DNA of 64,000 nucleotides, taken from positions 2,606,001-2,670,000 of the forward strand of contig JASTWF010000033.1 in NCBI GenBank assembly GCA_030390025.1. The letters are read 5' to 3'. The stretch is from Squalus acanthias. Taxonomy: Eukaryota. The position numbers and the translations under genes are program-made. Position 1 is the stretch's first letter, and every line of letters starts with the position of its first letter. The notes beneath the pieces were generated by a model. It did not search any database and was not told the origin of the DNA. It worked only from the letters and a program-made list of their open reading frames with translations. Of the stretch, positions 47,551 to 59,738 are shown piece by piece.

Positions 47551-48820
47551 TATTCTAAAATAAATAATAAAGTGATTGTAACCAAAAAAAATGACTGGTT
47601 TTGTTGATGCTTAACTGAAAAACGTACGTTTAAAAAAAAACATTTTGGCGTCCAAAAACGGACCCGAAAACCGGGGAAGGTCGACCCTAGACTGAACTGA
47701 AACCTGAAACATTGAGGCCAAATCCAGACGAGCCCTAGGACAGGAGGATGAGTACCTCCACCGTTGGTCACCCACAGCGACCACCAAGCAGCAAGACAAG
47801 GATAAATAACACACAGGTGTGAGCAGTGTTCAATGTATTAAGGGAGTAGAGCAGATACCAGGTTATAAGTTGCTTTAATGTGACAGTGGCCGCGACACCA
47901 CTGCACTCGTCATACTGACCTTAAGCTCTGTAGGCCTCATAGAAAGTGGAGATTGTTGTAAAGGCAGAAAGATTGGAGACTGATCACCTCCAATAAAGGC
48001 CGAGTCGAGGAAGGATAGGGCAAAGCGTGGAACAGCAGTACAAAAAATAAAAATGAAACATGATGATAAAACAGTCCTATCATGGCGGGTGTGGGACGGA
48101 AGTTAGGTCGAGAAGTAGTGTAGGGGAACAGTAATTACCCTCATGGAGCATTTACAATGAAGTGTGTTAATCGTTATGCCAATGACAAAAAGATAAGGAA
48201 ACAAAACAGGCCAACAGTGTGATGACAATATTGCAATATCAGCTGATAAAAACCATTGGGTTCAAGACTTGATCTGTCCCAAATGGTTTAGGAAAAAGAA
48301 AAAACGTTAAAAAGCTAATGTTAAAGTTGCTGCGAGAATGAAATGGGATCAGCCTTCTCACCATGTTTTGTTTATTTACTTTAATAACGAAACATTTTCA
48401 AACATTGTGTGTGACTGTTCCTTGGGCACACAACCAGGGAAATCACAAAAATGTTGGCAATTTGAGTTCATAACCCAACACAGGGATCACAATTGCTAAG
48501 GTGCATGAAAATGTGACCATGATTGAGGAGGCTGTTCATTTCAATTGAAGCTTGTGCTCCCAGAACTGGAGAAAACTTGAATTACATTTTAATTAGAGAG
48601 GTTCCTTTGCATTAACTTTTACTAATATTTACTTGTGCAACGTTGAAAAGCACCAATGAGTTTGTTTTACAAAGTTAAGTTTCAGACAAAAAGTTACGTT
48701 TGCTATGATGTCTGGTAGAATATCGTCAAAACACTTTTTTTTTATTGGATTCGAGTTAAAAATATCTCATTGCATTATGCAGTTTCAATGAAAAAAAAAT
48801 GTGAACGGTCAAAAAGCACT

Positions 48821-49420
48821 GGGGAAAATTTAACCCCAAAAACAGGAGGGTTGGATGCGGGGGGAAGGTAAAGTGTTAAAAAAACGGAATCTCACCCCCA
48901 ACCCGGCTCTAACTCGCTCACTTCCGGTGCTACAGGCGGGGCAGGGGTGGGCAGCCAACTCGCTCCCAGAGGCGGGTGGAGTCAACCATTTCAATATTAT
49001 AATGAGCCTTCGAGCCTCTTAGAAATCCAACATTTCTAATTTAACGCTGGATGGCCGTGTTTACCAGGCCTCCCGATACCCGCCAGCTAAAGGGAGGCGA
49101 GGACTGCTGGATCCAGGACGAAAATGCCTTTCCTCTTACCTCCTGTATCCAGTATCGCTGCCTCGCCAATATTCCGCGACCTGGCTCCCCCGAACCTTCC
49201 GCTATCCCTCCCCCGAGGCCTCCGATCTGGCCCCAGGCCCCCGAGCCCACACGAGGCAGCCTAGCCCGAATTTCCTACAAAACCTCCGGTCCCCCCACCG
49301 GCATCCAATGCTCCGCCACCAGCCCCGTAATCGCTGCTCCAGCCCCTGATCCCCACCGGCCTCCGATCACTGTTCCAACCGTCCACATTCCCCCCTATGG
49401 CCCCGATCCCACTGCAGCCT
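48821..49420 (+). mobile_element. Possible truncated Harbinger-like MITE (other family)
   Basis: Abrupt AT-to-GC switch starting GGGGAAAATTT; no matching right TIR found. Confidence 0.35.
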
Positions 49421-50312
49421 AGTTCCAGACATGAGTCTATCATATATTAACTGCAAATTTTGTATTTTTGACAAATACCGTGGACACAATGAGCAGGGTG
49501 ATTCTGACTGTTTAATCATCTTGGTGGTACTGGCACCTGTGAACAAAGCGGAATGCTGCTGCTATCGAGCAGTATGGTGAGAATCTGAAGACCGCGCACA
49601 GTCGGATTGAACTGCAGAAAAGTTTCACAGTGTGTTTAAAGTGGTGTTTTAGCGATTTCTGCTATTTTAACTGATTTTTAATCCATCCGGATCGATAAAA
49701 CAATTCTAACATGTTTGTTCCTTCGTGGTTCACGTATCGACAATTTGATGTAAAAGAAAATCTGAAATTCATTTCTGCATTTGATTTTATCAGGATATTT
49801 TGAGCAAGTTTGAAAAAGGTCAAAGACTGATAAAAATAAGATTTTGTTTTGTCCTTTTTCGATTGGGAACGTTTTATTTAAATTTACTTGAAGTTATACA
49901 ACTGTCTCTTACAATGTTTCACTCCGCTTTCTTATAAACCTACTAATGAGCTAACCTTTTCCACTAACAACTTTTTTTTAATGCACCAAGTATCACCTTT
50001 TAAATTGTTGAATGTAAATTTATATATTGGGCATTAATAAATTTAAGTTCATTAATTTCAATGGATATTTCCCCATGGTGACGGAATTAAATTATAAATT
50101 GATAAACTAACACCTTGGACTCGTAAGCAGAGCCACAATGGATTCTCTGTTTCTCTTTTCTTATAAGCAGGAGAGGGAGGTTCCCTGGACCGTAAAAAAT
50201 TTGACGGTGTCACAAAAGATCCAGCAGATTTAAGAATTTAAGACCTTATCTGCATTAAATGTCAGAGAATGAACATGACTTGGAATAAAAGTCTTGCCTG
50301 TCAAAGACTCGG

Positions 50313-53105
50313 TCTTCACCCAGTCATGTCATTTGGAATCTTCCGAGACATTGTGCTCGAGATGGGGCTACATAGAAGTTATCTTCTAAGTAATTTTCAG
50401 CCAAAGTCCCACAATCCTCCATCACCATTCCTGGGTATGTTCCGTCCCAATGGAAGGCCAGACGCACCGGGGTGGCGGTACAGTGGTATACAGTAGGGAA
50501 GCAGTGTCCCTGGGAGTCATCAACATTTACTCCAGGCCCCATAAATTCTCATGGCTTCAGGTGAAGCATGGACAAGGAAACCTCCTGCTGATTACCACGT
50601 ACCGCCCTCCCTCAGCTGATGAATCAGTATTCTTCCATGTTGAACAGCACTTGAAAGTAGCACTGCAAGTAGCAAGGGCACAGAATGAACTCTTGGTCGG
50701 GGACTTCAATGCCCATTACCAAGAGTGGCTCGGTAGCACCACTATTGACCGAGCTGGCCGAGTCCTGAAGGACATAGCTGCAAATCTCGGCCTGCGACAG
50801 GTGGTGAGGGAACCAACACGAGTGAAAAACGTACTTGGCCTCGTCCTCACAAATCTACCTGTCGCAGGTGCATCTGTCCATGACAGCTTTGGTAGCAGTG
50901 ACGATCGCACAGTTATTGCGGAGACGAAGTCCCGTCTTCACACTGAGGACCACCTCCATCGTGTTGTGTGGTACGACCACCTTGCTAAATGGGATAGTTT
51001 CAGAACAGATCTAGCAGCTGAAACCTGAAAATCCATGAGGCGCTGTGGGCCTTCAGCAGCTGCAGAATTTTATTACACCACAATCTGTAACCTCAGGGCC
51101 CAGCATATCCCTCACTCTACCAATAGCATCAAGCCAGGGGACCAACCCTGGTTCAATAAGGAATGTAGTAGACCGTGCCAGGAGCAGCACTAGGCGTACT
51201 TAAATATGATGTGCCAACCTGATGAAGCTGCAACAAAGAACTACATGCATGCAAAAAGCGGGAGCAGCATGCTATAGACAGGGCTAAGCGATCCCACAAT
51301 CAACGGATCACATCAAAGCTCTACAGTCCTGTCGCATCCAGCCGTGAATGGTGGTGGACCATTAAACAACTAACCCGAGGATGAGTCTTCATGGATATTA
51401 CCATCCTCATTGATAGTGGAGCCCAGCACGTGAGTGCAAAATACAAGGCTGAAGCGTTGGCAACGATCTACAGCCAGAAGTGCGGAGTGGATGATGCATG
51501 TCCGCCATCTCCTGAGCCGCCGAACATCGCAGAAGCTAGTCTTCAGCATTTCGATTCACTCAACATGATATCAAGAAACGGCTGAGCGCACTCGATACAG
51601 CAAAGGCTGTGGGTCCCGAAAACGTCCCGGCTGTCGGGCTGAAAACTTGTCTCCAGAACTAGCCGTGTCTCATGCCAAGCTGTTCCAGTACATCTACAAC
51701 ACTGGCAACTATACGACCTTGTGGAAAACCTCCCAGGTATGACCTGTCTTCAAAAAGCAGAATAAATTCAAGCTGGCCAATTTCCGCCTGATAAGTCTAC
51801 TCTCAATCATCAGCAAAGTGATGGAAGGTGTTGTCGACAGTGCTAGAAAGAGGCACTTAATCACTGATAACCTGCTCAATGATGCCCAGTTCGGATTCTG
51901 CCAGGACCACTCAGGCTGCAGACGTAATTACTGCATTGGTCCAAACATGGACAAAAGAGCTGAGTTCCGGAGTTGAGCTGAGAGTGACTGACCTTGACAT
52001 CAAGGCAGCATTTGAATAAGTGTCGCTGTAATATGTCCCAGTAAAACTGAAGTCATTTGGAATCGGGGGAAATATCTCCACTGGCTGGAGTCATACCTAA
52101 AACAAAGGAAGATGGTTGTGGTGTTTGAAGGTCAATCATCACAGCTCCATGCCATCGCTGCAGGAGTTCCTCAGATGAGTGTCCTCGGCCCAACCATCTT
52201 CAGCTGCTTCATCAATTACCTTCCCTTCAACTTAAGGTGAGAAATAGGAATATCCGCTGATGATTGTACAGTGTTCAGCTCCATTCACAAGTCCTCACGC
52301 CGCATGCAACAAGAACTGCACAACGTTCAGGCTTGTGCAGATGCGTGGCAGGTAATATTCACGCCACACAAGTGCCTGGCAATGACTGTCTCCAACAAGC
52401 GAGAGTCTAACTACCGCCCCTTAAATTCAACGCCATTACCATCGTTGATTCTCCCACAATCAACATCCTGGGGATCAACATTGACCAAAAACTTAACTGG
52501 CCCAGACAAATAAATAATGTGGAAACAAGAGCAGGTTAGAGGTCAGGTATTCTGCCGCGAGTGTCTCACCTCCTGACTCCCTAACCACTTTCAAGCATCT
52601 ACAAGGCACAAGTAAGGTGGGTGATGGAATACTCTTCACTTGCCTGGATGAGTGCAGCTCCACCAACAGTCAAGTAGCTCGACACCATCCAGCACAAAGC
52701 CGCCCGCTTGGTTGCCCCCCCATCCACCACTTAAACATTCACTCCCTCCACCACCGTCGTACCGTGGCTGCAGTGTGTACCATCTACAAGAAGCACTGCA
52801 GCAACTCGCAAGGCTTCTTCGGCAGCACCTCCCAAACTCGCGACCTCTTCCTTGGAGAAGGTCAAGTGCAGTAGGCGCATGGGAACACCATCCAAGTCAC
52901 ACTCCATCCTGACTTAGAAGTTATCGCCGATCCTTCATCGTCGCTTGGTCAAAATCCTGGACCTCCCTACCTAACAGCACTGCTGGAGTACCTTCACCAC
53001 ACAGACTGCAGCGGTTCAAGAAGGTGTCTCACCACCACCATCTCTAGGGCAATTAGGGATGGGCAATAAATGCTGGACTTGCCAGCGACGCTCACAGCCC
53101 ATAAA
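50313..53105 (+). mobile_element. LINE family 2, long degraded ORF2 (APE endonuclease + RT)
   Basis: GGGTVVY, TTYRPP, VGDFNAH and EPTR in ORF 50450-51028; RT remnants (cttgacatcaaggcagcattt, ggagttcctcag, gctgatgat); family tail at ~53050-53105. Confidence 0.85.
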
Positions 53106-53204
53106 CGGGAGAGTGGGACTAACTTATTTTCTCTTGTAGAGAGCCAGTACGGGCTCGAAGGTGTGAATGGCCTCCTTCTTTGCTGTAACCATTCTATGAT
53201 TGAC

Positions 53205-53660
53205 TAATTCAATTTTGGTGGAGGTGACCCTTTGAACCTTGAGGCTGGTGGGGTAGAATTAAGGATAACTTTAACCCAATGTGGTTCTGGGAGAGAGGGG
53301 AAGGGCTGAGACCGGAAGTGAGCAAAATGGAATGGACACGGCCGAGGCCCATTTAAAACACGGTAAAGGGGAATCCTCGGTGGGGGGAAAATGATGACAT
53401 ATCGTAAGCACTGGTATGCAAGTTGGCATCGTCAAAACGGATGCGGTGGATACGGAAAAACTAGGGGAAATGAATAAATTCCTGTCAGGAAGCAGGGTGA
53501 CCACGTGTAGTCAAGTTAGCTGTGGGTGTCCGCGGGCTTATCGTGGATATTGGTCGACAGCCTATCAGCAGGTATAGAGATAGAGAATTCGAGGAACGGA
53601 AGAGAAGAGTCGCAGATGGAACATGTGAAGGTGATGGAAGAGTTGAATTTGGAAGCAAAA
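53205..53660 (-). mobile_element. Degraded Penelope RT remnant
   Basis: aaaggggaatcctcggt, agcactggtatg and tttggaagcaaa are colinear with ~4375-4672. Confidence 0.65.
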
Positions 53661-54142
53661 TGCCTTTAACTGTCCTGTTGTCAGATAATCAAATTCCGTA
53701 TTTTAACTGGGAAACTGCATGGAGAGAGTGAAACCGGTCTGGACTGAACGGAGAAAGCGGTGATTTAAAAAAAAAATGAATCGGCAGCAGTGAATATGGT
53801 CAATACAATTACATGAAACTGTAAATGAAGCCGTTCATTATTGTTGGATTAGTCCTGTATGAGCACAGCGTTCAGTCTTATTCCCGAGACAGATCTGATT
53901 AAGATAATGTCCTGGGCTTGGGATGTTTTTGTTGCATCCACCACATTATTTACATCGGAGTCAAAGGTCCTGATGTAATGTGTTTGTTCAAGTGATTGTA
54001 ACTAATAGCAATGATCAGGGGTATAACCGTGTCAGTGGAGACTTATCCCCTGTATAAATCAGGGACCATTGGAATGGATCAGCTCATAGTGCCTGCCGGA
54101 ACTGTGGTTCCACTCCAACAGAAGTCGTTGCTTCTCACAGAA

Positions 54143-54212
54143 ATGGGAAAACCAGTAATCCAGCAGATAGCAGAGATTTACTTCCCTGTTCTTGTAGCCG
54201 TTGGTGTTCCTG
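54143..54212 (+). pseudogene. Isolated first coding exon of a GPR139-like GPCR
   Basis: MGKPVIQQIAEIYFPVLVAVGVP resembles the recalled N-terminal exon of the shark GPR139-like family. The expected donor reads GA (54213-54214). TATAAA at ~54053-54058. Confidence 0.6.
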
Positions 54213-54449
54213 GAAATCCGTTATCTCAGCTCGTAGTGTTGTAAATCGCTGGTAATTCTGCTGCTGTACTTGGTAATGTACTTCTCGCTGCATGTTTTCC
54301 ACAGCCGCCTGTTGTGTTCCAGCAGTGGATTGTTGGAATGTCCTCAGTCTCTGCTCTTTCGGTCTTTTAGCAGCTGCACCATATCTGTAATTATCTTAGT
54401 TTATCCAACCCTGGCATTGTGATGGATTATTCACTGTACTTTTTAAAAA

Positions 54450-54890
54450 TTATTCGTTTATGGGGATGTGGGCGTCGCTGGCAAGGCCGGCATTTATTGC
54501 CCATCCCTAATTGCACTTGAGAAGGTGGTGAGGCGCATTCTTGAACCGCTGCAATCCGTGCGGTGAATGGGCTCCCACAGTGCTGTTAGGGTGGGAGTTA
54601 TAGGATTTTGACCCAGCGACGATGAAGGATCGGTGATATATTTTTAAGTCAGGATGGTGTGTGACTTGGAGGGGAACGTGGAGTTGGTCCTGGTCCCATT
54701 CGTCTGCTGCCTTTGTCCTTCTAAGTGGAAGAGGTCGCGGGTTTGGGAGGTGCTGTCGAAGAAGCCTTGGCGAGTTGCTATGGTGCATCTTGTAAATGGT
54801 ACAAACTGCAGCCACTGTACGCCGGTAGTGGGGGGAGTGAATATTTAAGGTTATGGATGGGGTTCCAATCAAGCGGGGTGCATTGTCCTG
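54450..54890 (-). mobile_element. LINE family 2 3' portion
   Basis: ORF 54507-54872 (RTVAAVCTIYKMH...AGSKSYNSHP) plus the family tail. Confidence 0.8.
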
Positions 54891-55179
54891 GAATGGAGTC
54901 TGGGCTGAGAGAAGGTATCAGACCATCAACAGCTGATAACACTTTCATATTGTGGAACTAAACTGTCCTGCAATATTTGTTAAGAAATTCTGATCAATTT
55001 TGATTACTTTTATGATTCTATTTTTATGCAGACAGTGGTCATGTTCTAGAATTCACTGCCTGAAAGGGTGGTGGAGGCACTCTGACTCGTGGTTTTCCAA
55101 AGCGAATTGGATAAGTACCTGAAGGGGAAAAATGCAGGGCTACGGGGAAAGGAAATCTCCTCTGGGCTGGAGAGAAACT

Positions 55180-58100
55180 TGGAGTGGGAGGGGGAGGATC
55201 CAGTTGTCGAGGTTCTGCTGAGGGAGTATGAGCAGCTAGGGGCCAAATTATAAAGCAGAGCCATAAGCAAAATCTCTGGATTACTACCTGAGCCACGAGC
55301 AAATTTGGCTAGGGTAAATAAAATCAGAGAGTTAAATGCGCGGCTCAAAGACTGGTGTGGGAGAAATGGGTTTTGCTTCTTGGGACACTGGCACCAGTAC
55401 TGGGACGGGAGAGAGCTGTTCCGTTGGGACGGACTTCACTTAGCCAGTGCTGGGACTAGAGTCCTGGCGAATCGAATAACTAGGGCTGTAGAGAGGGCTT
55501 TAAACTTATTAATGTGGGGGGGGGGGGGATTCAAGAGAGCGAAGAATAAAAATGTCAATCGTGCAAATTAGCAGTGGGGAAATAAAAAAACAGAGCTTGT
55601 CAGTAAGGGACAGAATATATAAAGATAAATTTAAAGTAGTAAAGGGGGTAAAAGCAGGAATAAATTGTCACAAAACATGTTTAAAAGTCCTTTATCTGAA
55701 TGCACGCAGCATTCGTAACAAAATAGACGGGTTGACAGTACAAATAACTACACATGTGTTTGATCTGGTGGCCATTACAGAAACATGGCTGCGAGGTGAC
55801 CATGACTGGGAACTAAACATCCAGGGGTATTTAACTGTTAGGAAGGACGGACAGGAGGCCAGGGAGGTGGGGTGGCTATGTTAATAAAGGATGGAATCAC
55901 TGCAATAGTGAAAAATGATATTGGGTCAAAGGATAAGGATAGTGTAAACAGTTTGGGTGGAGATAAGGAATAATAAGGGGAAAAAGTGACTAGTGGGCGT
56001 AGTCTGTAGGCCTCCTAACAGTTGTAAATCTATTGGTCGGTGTATAAATCAGGAAATAGTTGGGGCTTGTAATAAGGGAACAGCAATACTCATGGGAGAT
56101 TTTTACTTTCATATTGACTGGACAAATCAAATTGGACAGGGCAGCCTTGAGGAAGAGTTCATAGAGTGCATTAGGGACGGGTTCCTTCAGCAGTATGTTA
56201 CTGAACCAACCAGGGGGTAGGCATTCTTAGATCTGGTCCTGTGTAATGAGACAGGATTAATAAAAAAATGTCCTAGTAATGGATCCCCTTGGAATGAGTG
56301 ACCATAACTTGGTTGAATTCCAAATTCATTTGGCGGGTGAGAGAGTTGGATCTCAAACCAGCGTACTAAGCTTAAATAAAGGAGACTATGAAGGTATGAG
56401 TGCAGAGTTGACTAAATTGGTCTGGGAAAAGAGATTAAGGTGTAAGACGGTACAGGAGCAGTGGTGTACATTCAAGGAGGTATTTCACAACTTTCAAGAA
56501 AAATATATTCCACTGAGGAAAAAGGGGCGTAAAAGAAAAGACAGCCATCCGTGGCTTAGTAAAGTAATAATGGATAGTATCCGACTGAAAACAAGGGCAT
56601 ATAAAGTAGCTAAATCTAGTTGGAGGGTAGAAGATTGGGAAGTATTTAAAAGCCAGCAAAGAATAACTAAAAGATTAATTAAGAAGGGGAAGACAGATTA
56701 TGAAAGTAAACTAGCAAAAAATATAAAAACAGATAGCAAGAGTTTCTACAGTTATACAAAAAGAAAAAGGGTTGGTAAAGTGTGTGTTGGTCCCTTAGAG
56801 GACGAGACCGGGAAATTAGTAGTGGGGAACACGGAGATAGCAAATACGCTGAACAAATATTTTGCATCAGTCTTTACAGTAGAGGATACTAAAAATATCC
56901 CAACACTGGACAAACGGGGGGCTATAGGGGGGGGGAGGAGTTAAACACGATTAAAATCACTAAGGAGATGGTACTCGGTAAGTTAATGGAACTTAAGGCG
57001 AATAAATCCCCTGGACCTGATGGCTTACATCCTGGGGTCTTAAGAGAAGCAGCGGTAGGGATTGCGGATGCATTGGTGGTAATTTTCCAAAACTCCCTGG
57101 ATTCGGGAAAGGCCCCAGCAGATTGGAAAACTGCTAATGTAACGCCCTTATTTAAAAAGGGAGGTAGACAAAAGGCTGGGAACTACAGACCAGCAAGCCT
57201 AACATCTGTGGTTGGTAAAATATTGGAGTCCATTATTAAGGAAGCAGTAACAGGACATTTGGATAAGCATAATTTAATCGGACAGAGTCAGCATGGTTTT
57301 ATGAAGGGGAAATCGTGTTTGACAAATTTGCTCGAATTCTTTGTGGACGTAACAAACAGGATGGATAAAGGGGAACCAGTGGATGTGGTGTATTTGGACT
57401 TCCAAAAGGCATTTGATAAGGTGCCACAGAAAATATTACTGCACAAGATAAAACATCACGGGATTGGGGGTAATATACTGACATGGGTGGAAGATTGGCT
57501 ATCTAACAGAAAACAGAGAGTTGAGATAAATGGTTCATTCTCGGGTTGGCAATCAGTAACTAGTGGTGTTCCGCAAGGGTCAGTGCTGGGACCCCAACTC
57601 TTTACAATCTATATTAACGATTTGGAGGAGGGGACCAAGTGCAACGTATCCAAGTTTGCTGACGATACAAAGATGGGAGGAAAAGTAGTGAGCGAGGAGG
57701 ACATAAAAAACCTGCAAAACGAAATATACACGTGCAGTGAGTGGGCGGAAATTTGGCAGATGGAATATAATGTTGGAAAGTGTGAGGTTATGCACTTTGG
57801 CAGAACAAATCGAAGAGCTACTTATTATCTAAATGGAAAGAAACTGCAAAGTGCTGCAGTACAAAGGGATCTGGGGGTCCTGGTGCATGAAACACAGAAG
57901 GTTAGTATGCAGGTACAGCAGGTGATCAGGAAGGCCTATGGAATCTTGGCCTTTATTGCAAGTGGGATGGAGTATAAAAGCAGGGAAGTCTTGCTTCAGT
58001 TATACAAGGTACTGGTGAGGCCACACATGGAATACTGCGTACAGTTTTGGTTTCCATATTTAAGAAAATATATATTTGCTCTCGAGGCAGTTCAGAGAAG

Positions 58101-58590
58101 GTTCACTCAGTTGATTCCGGAGATGAGGAAGTTGACTTATGAGGAAAGGTTGAGTAGGTTCGGCGGCTACTCATTGGAATTCAGAAGAATGAGAGGCGAT
58201 CTTATCGAAATATATAAGATTGTGAGGGGGCTTGATCGGGTGGAGGCGGGAGGATGTTTCCACTGATGGGTGAGACTAGAACTAGGGGGCATAATCTTAG
58301 AATAAGGGGCTGCCGTTTCAAAACTGAGATGAGGAGAAACTTCTTCACTCAGAGGGTAGTAAATCTAAGAAATTTGCTACATCAGAGAGCTGTGGAAGCT
58401 GCGACATTAAATAAATTTAAAACGGAGATAGACAGTTTCCTAGCTGATATGGGAATTAAGGGTTATGGGGAGCGGGCAGGGAAGTGTACGTGAGTCTAGG
58501 TTCGGATCAGCCATGATCCTATTGAATGGCGGAGCAGGCCCGATGGGCCATATGGCCTACTCCTGCTCCTACTTCTTATGTTATGTTCTT
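55180..58590 (+). mobile_element. CR1 LINE: ORF1 end plus almost complete ORF2, frameshifted
   Basis: DGLHL (SGNH) in 55305-55571; YLNARSI, AITETWL, MGDF and SDHN; 432-aa RT ORF 56968-58266; 3'UTR and tail. Confidence 0.92.
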
Positions 58591-58707
58591 ATGAAAGGGC
58601 GTGGGACTGGGCCTAGCTGAAGTGATCTTGCAGAGAGCCGCCACACACGCGACGGGCCGAATGGCATCCTTCTGTGCTGTAACCATTCTATGATTCTGTG
58701 ATTCTAT

Positions 58708-59601
58708 GGGGTAGAAATTAGGTCGCGCCCCATTTGGGGCGCAAATATCGTCCGGACGCAAATATTAGCGCCTGGCGCTAATTATCGGCACTGACAGGAA
58801 ACTTCACTTTTACCGCCCCGGGAGGTGAGTGGAGCGCTAAAGCAGGCGCTGCACACCTCTCTTAAGGCGCAAAGGCCGAGCAGTGAGGCGCTAACTCGGA
58901 GCGCTGGCGAAGCTCATGTAATGTCATTCAGCAATGGAACACACACACAATGGCACGGGCCAGTTCTTAAAGGGGATGGTTAATCTTGCTTTCCATCCAC
59001 ATCCTGTTCATTGCTGCCTTGAATCTCGGCCTGGAGAGACTTGCACATCAAATGTGCTGGAAAGAACAATGGAAAGTACCAGGCAAAGAGCTCAGAGTGC
59101 AGCTCCCACAGTCTCTGCTAAATCGATACAAGGAATGGCAAATCAAAATGAACCTGCAAAGTGCTGCTCAGTACCCAAAACTCCTTCACACAACGTTGAA
59201 TCTCTCCAGAAGTCTCTCCCTCTCTCTCTCAGAATGCGTAGTTCAAAAATGCCACCAACAATAAAAGACAGGAAGAGGCCCCCTTTAAATAGCGCCCCCC
59301 CCCAGCCCCACAGCGATTGATAGCGTTCCAGTCTTCTGGTCGTTGGAAGCGCCAGGCGGTAAGGCAGGGGGCGCCACTCAATTTCCGCTACGGGGCGCCA
59401 CAAGGGCGTTGCACCATGGAATGATGTCACAATCTGCGCGCGCAGGTGGTCGCAGCGGTAAGTTTTAGCGCCGCCGCACAATCTCAAGTTAAGTTCTCGA
59501 GCGGCGCAAACATCGCTGCGCCCGGGCGTTAGCGGCTTTGTGCCCCATTAGCGCCCTCTTAAGGCGCTAACGGGAGGCGCAACCAAGTGAATTTTTCCCC
59601 C
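58708..59601 (+). mobile_element. Harbinger-like MITE, family 2 (894 bp)
   Basis: TIRs GGGGTAGAAATT ... AATTTTTCCCCC; exact 3-bp TSD TAT (58705-58707, 59602-59604); GCGC-rich subterminal palindromes. Confidence 0.8.
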
Positions 59602-59738
59602 TATGTGTTTTCAGAGATTGATGGTCTGTGTTGCAAGGAGGCAGCGCAATCTCCTTCCTCCACAATAATATGGTTCAGTGTAATTGGGATTTCAATGTGT
59701 GTATTGGTTATCACAGTTATGAAATATTATGTCACTGT

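Noticed and set aside
47578..48820. Possible LTR or other element
   Set aside because: No convincing termini, TSD or coding motif.
56968..58266. Possible domesticated reverse-transcriptase gene
   Set aside because: Part of an ordinary frameshifted CR1 ORF2 with its 3'UTR and tail.
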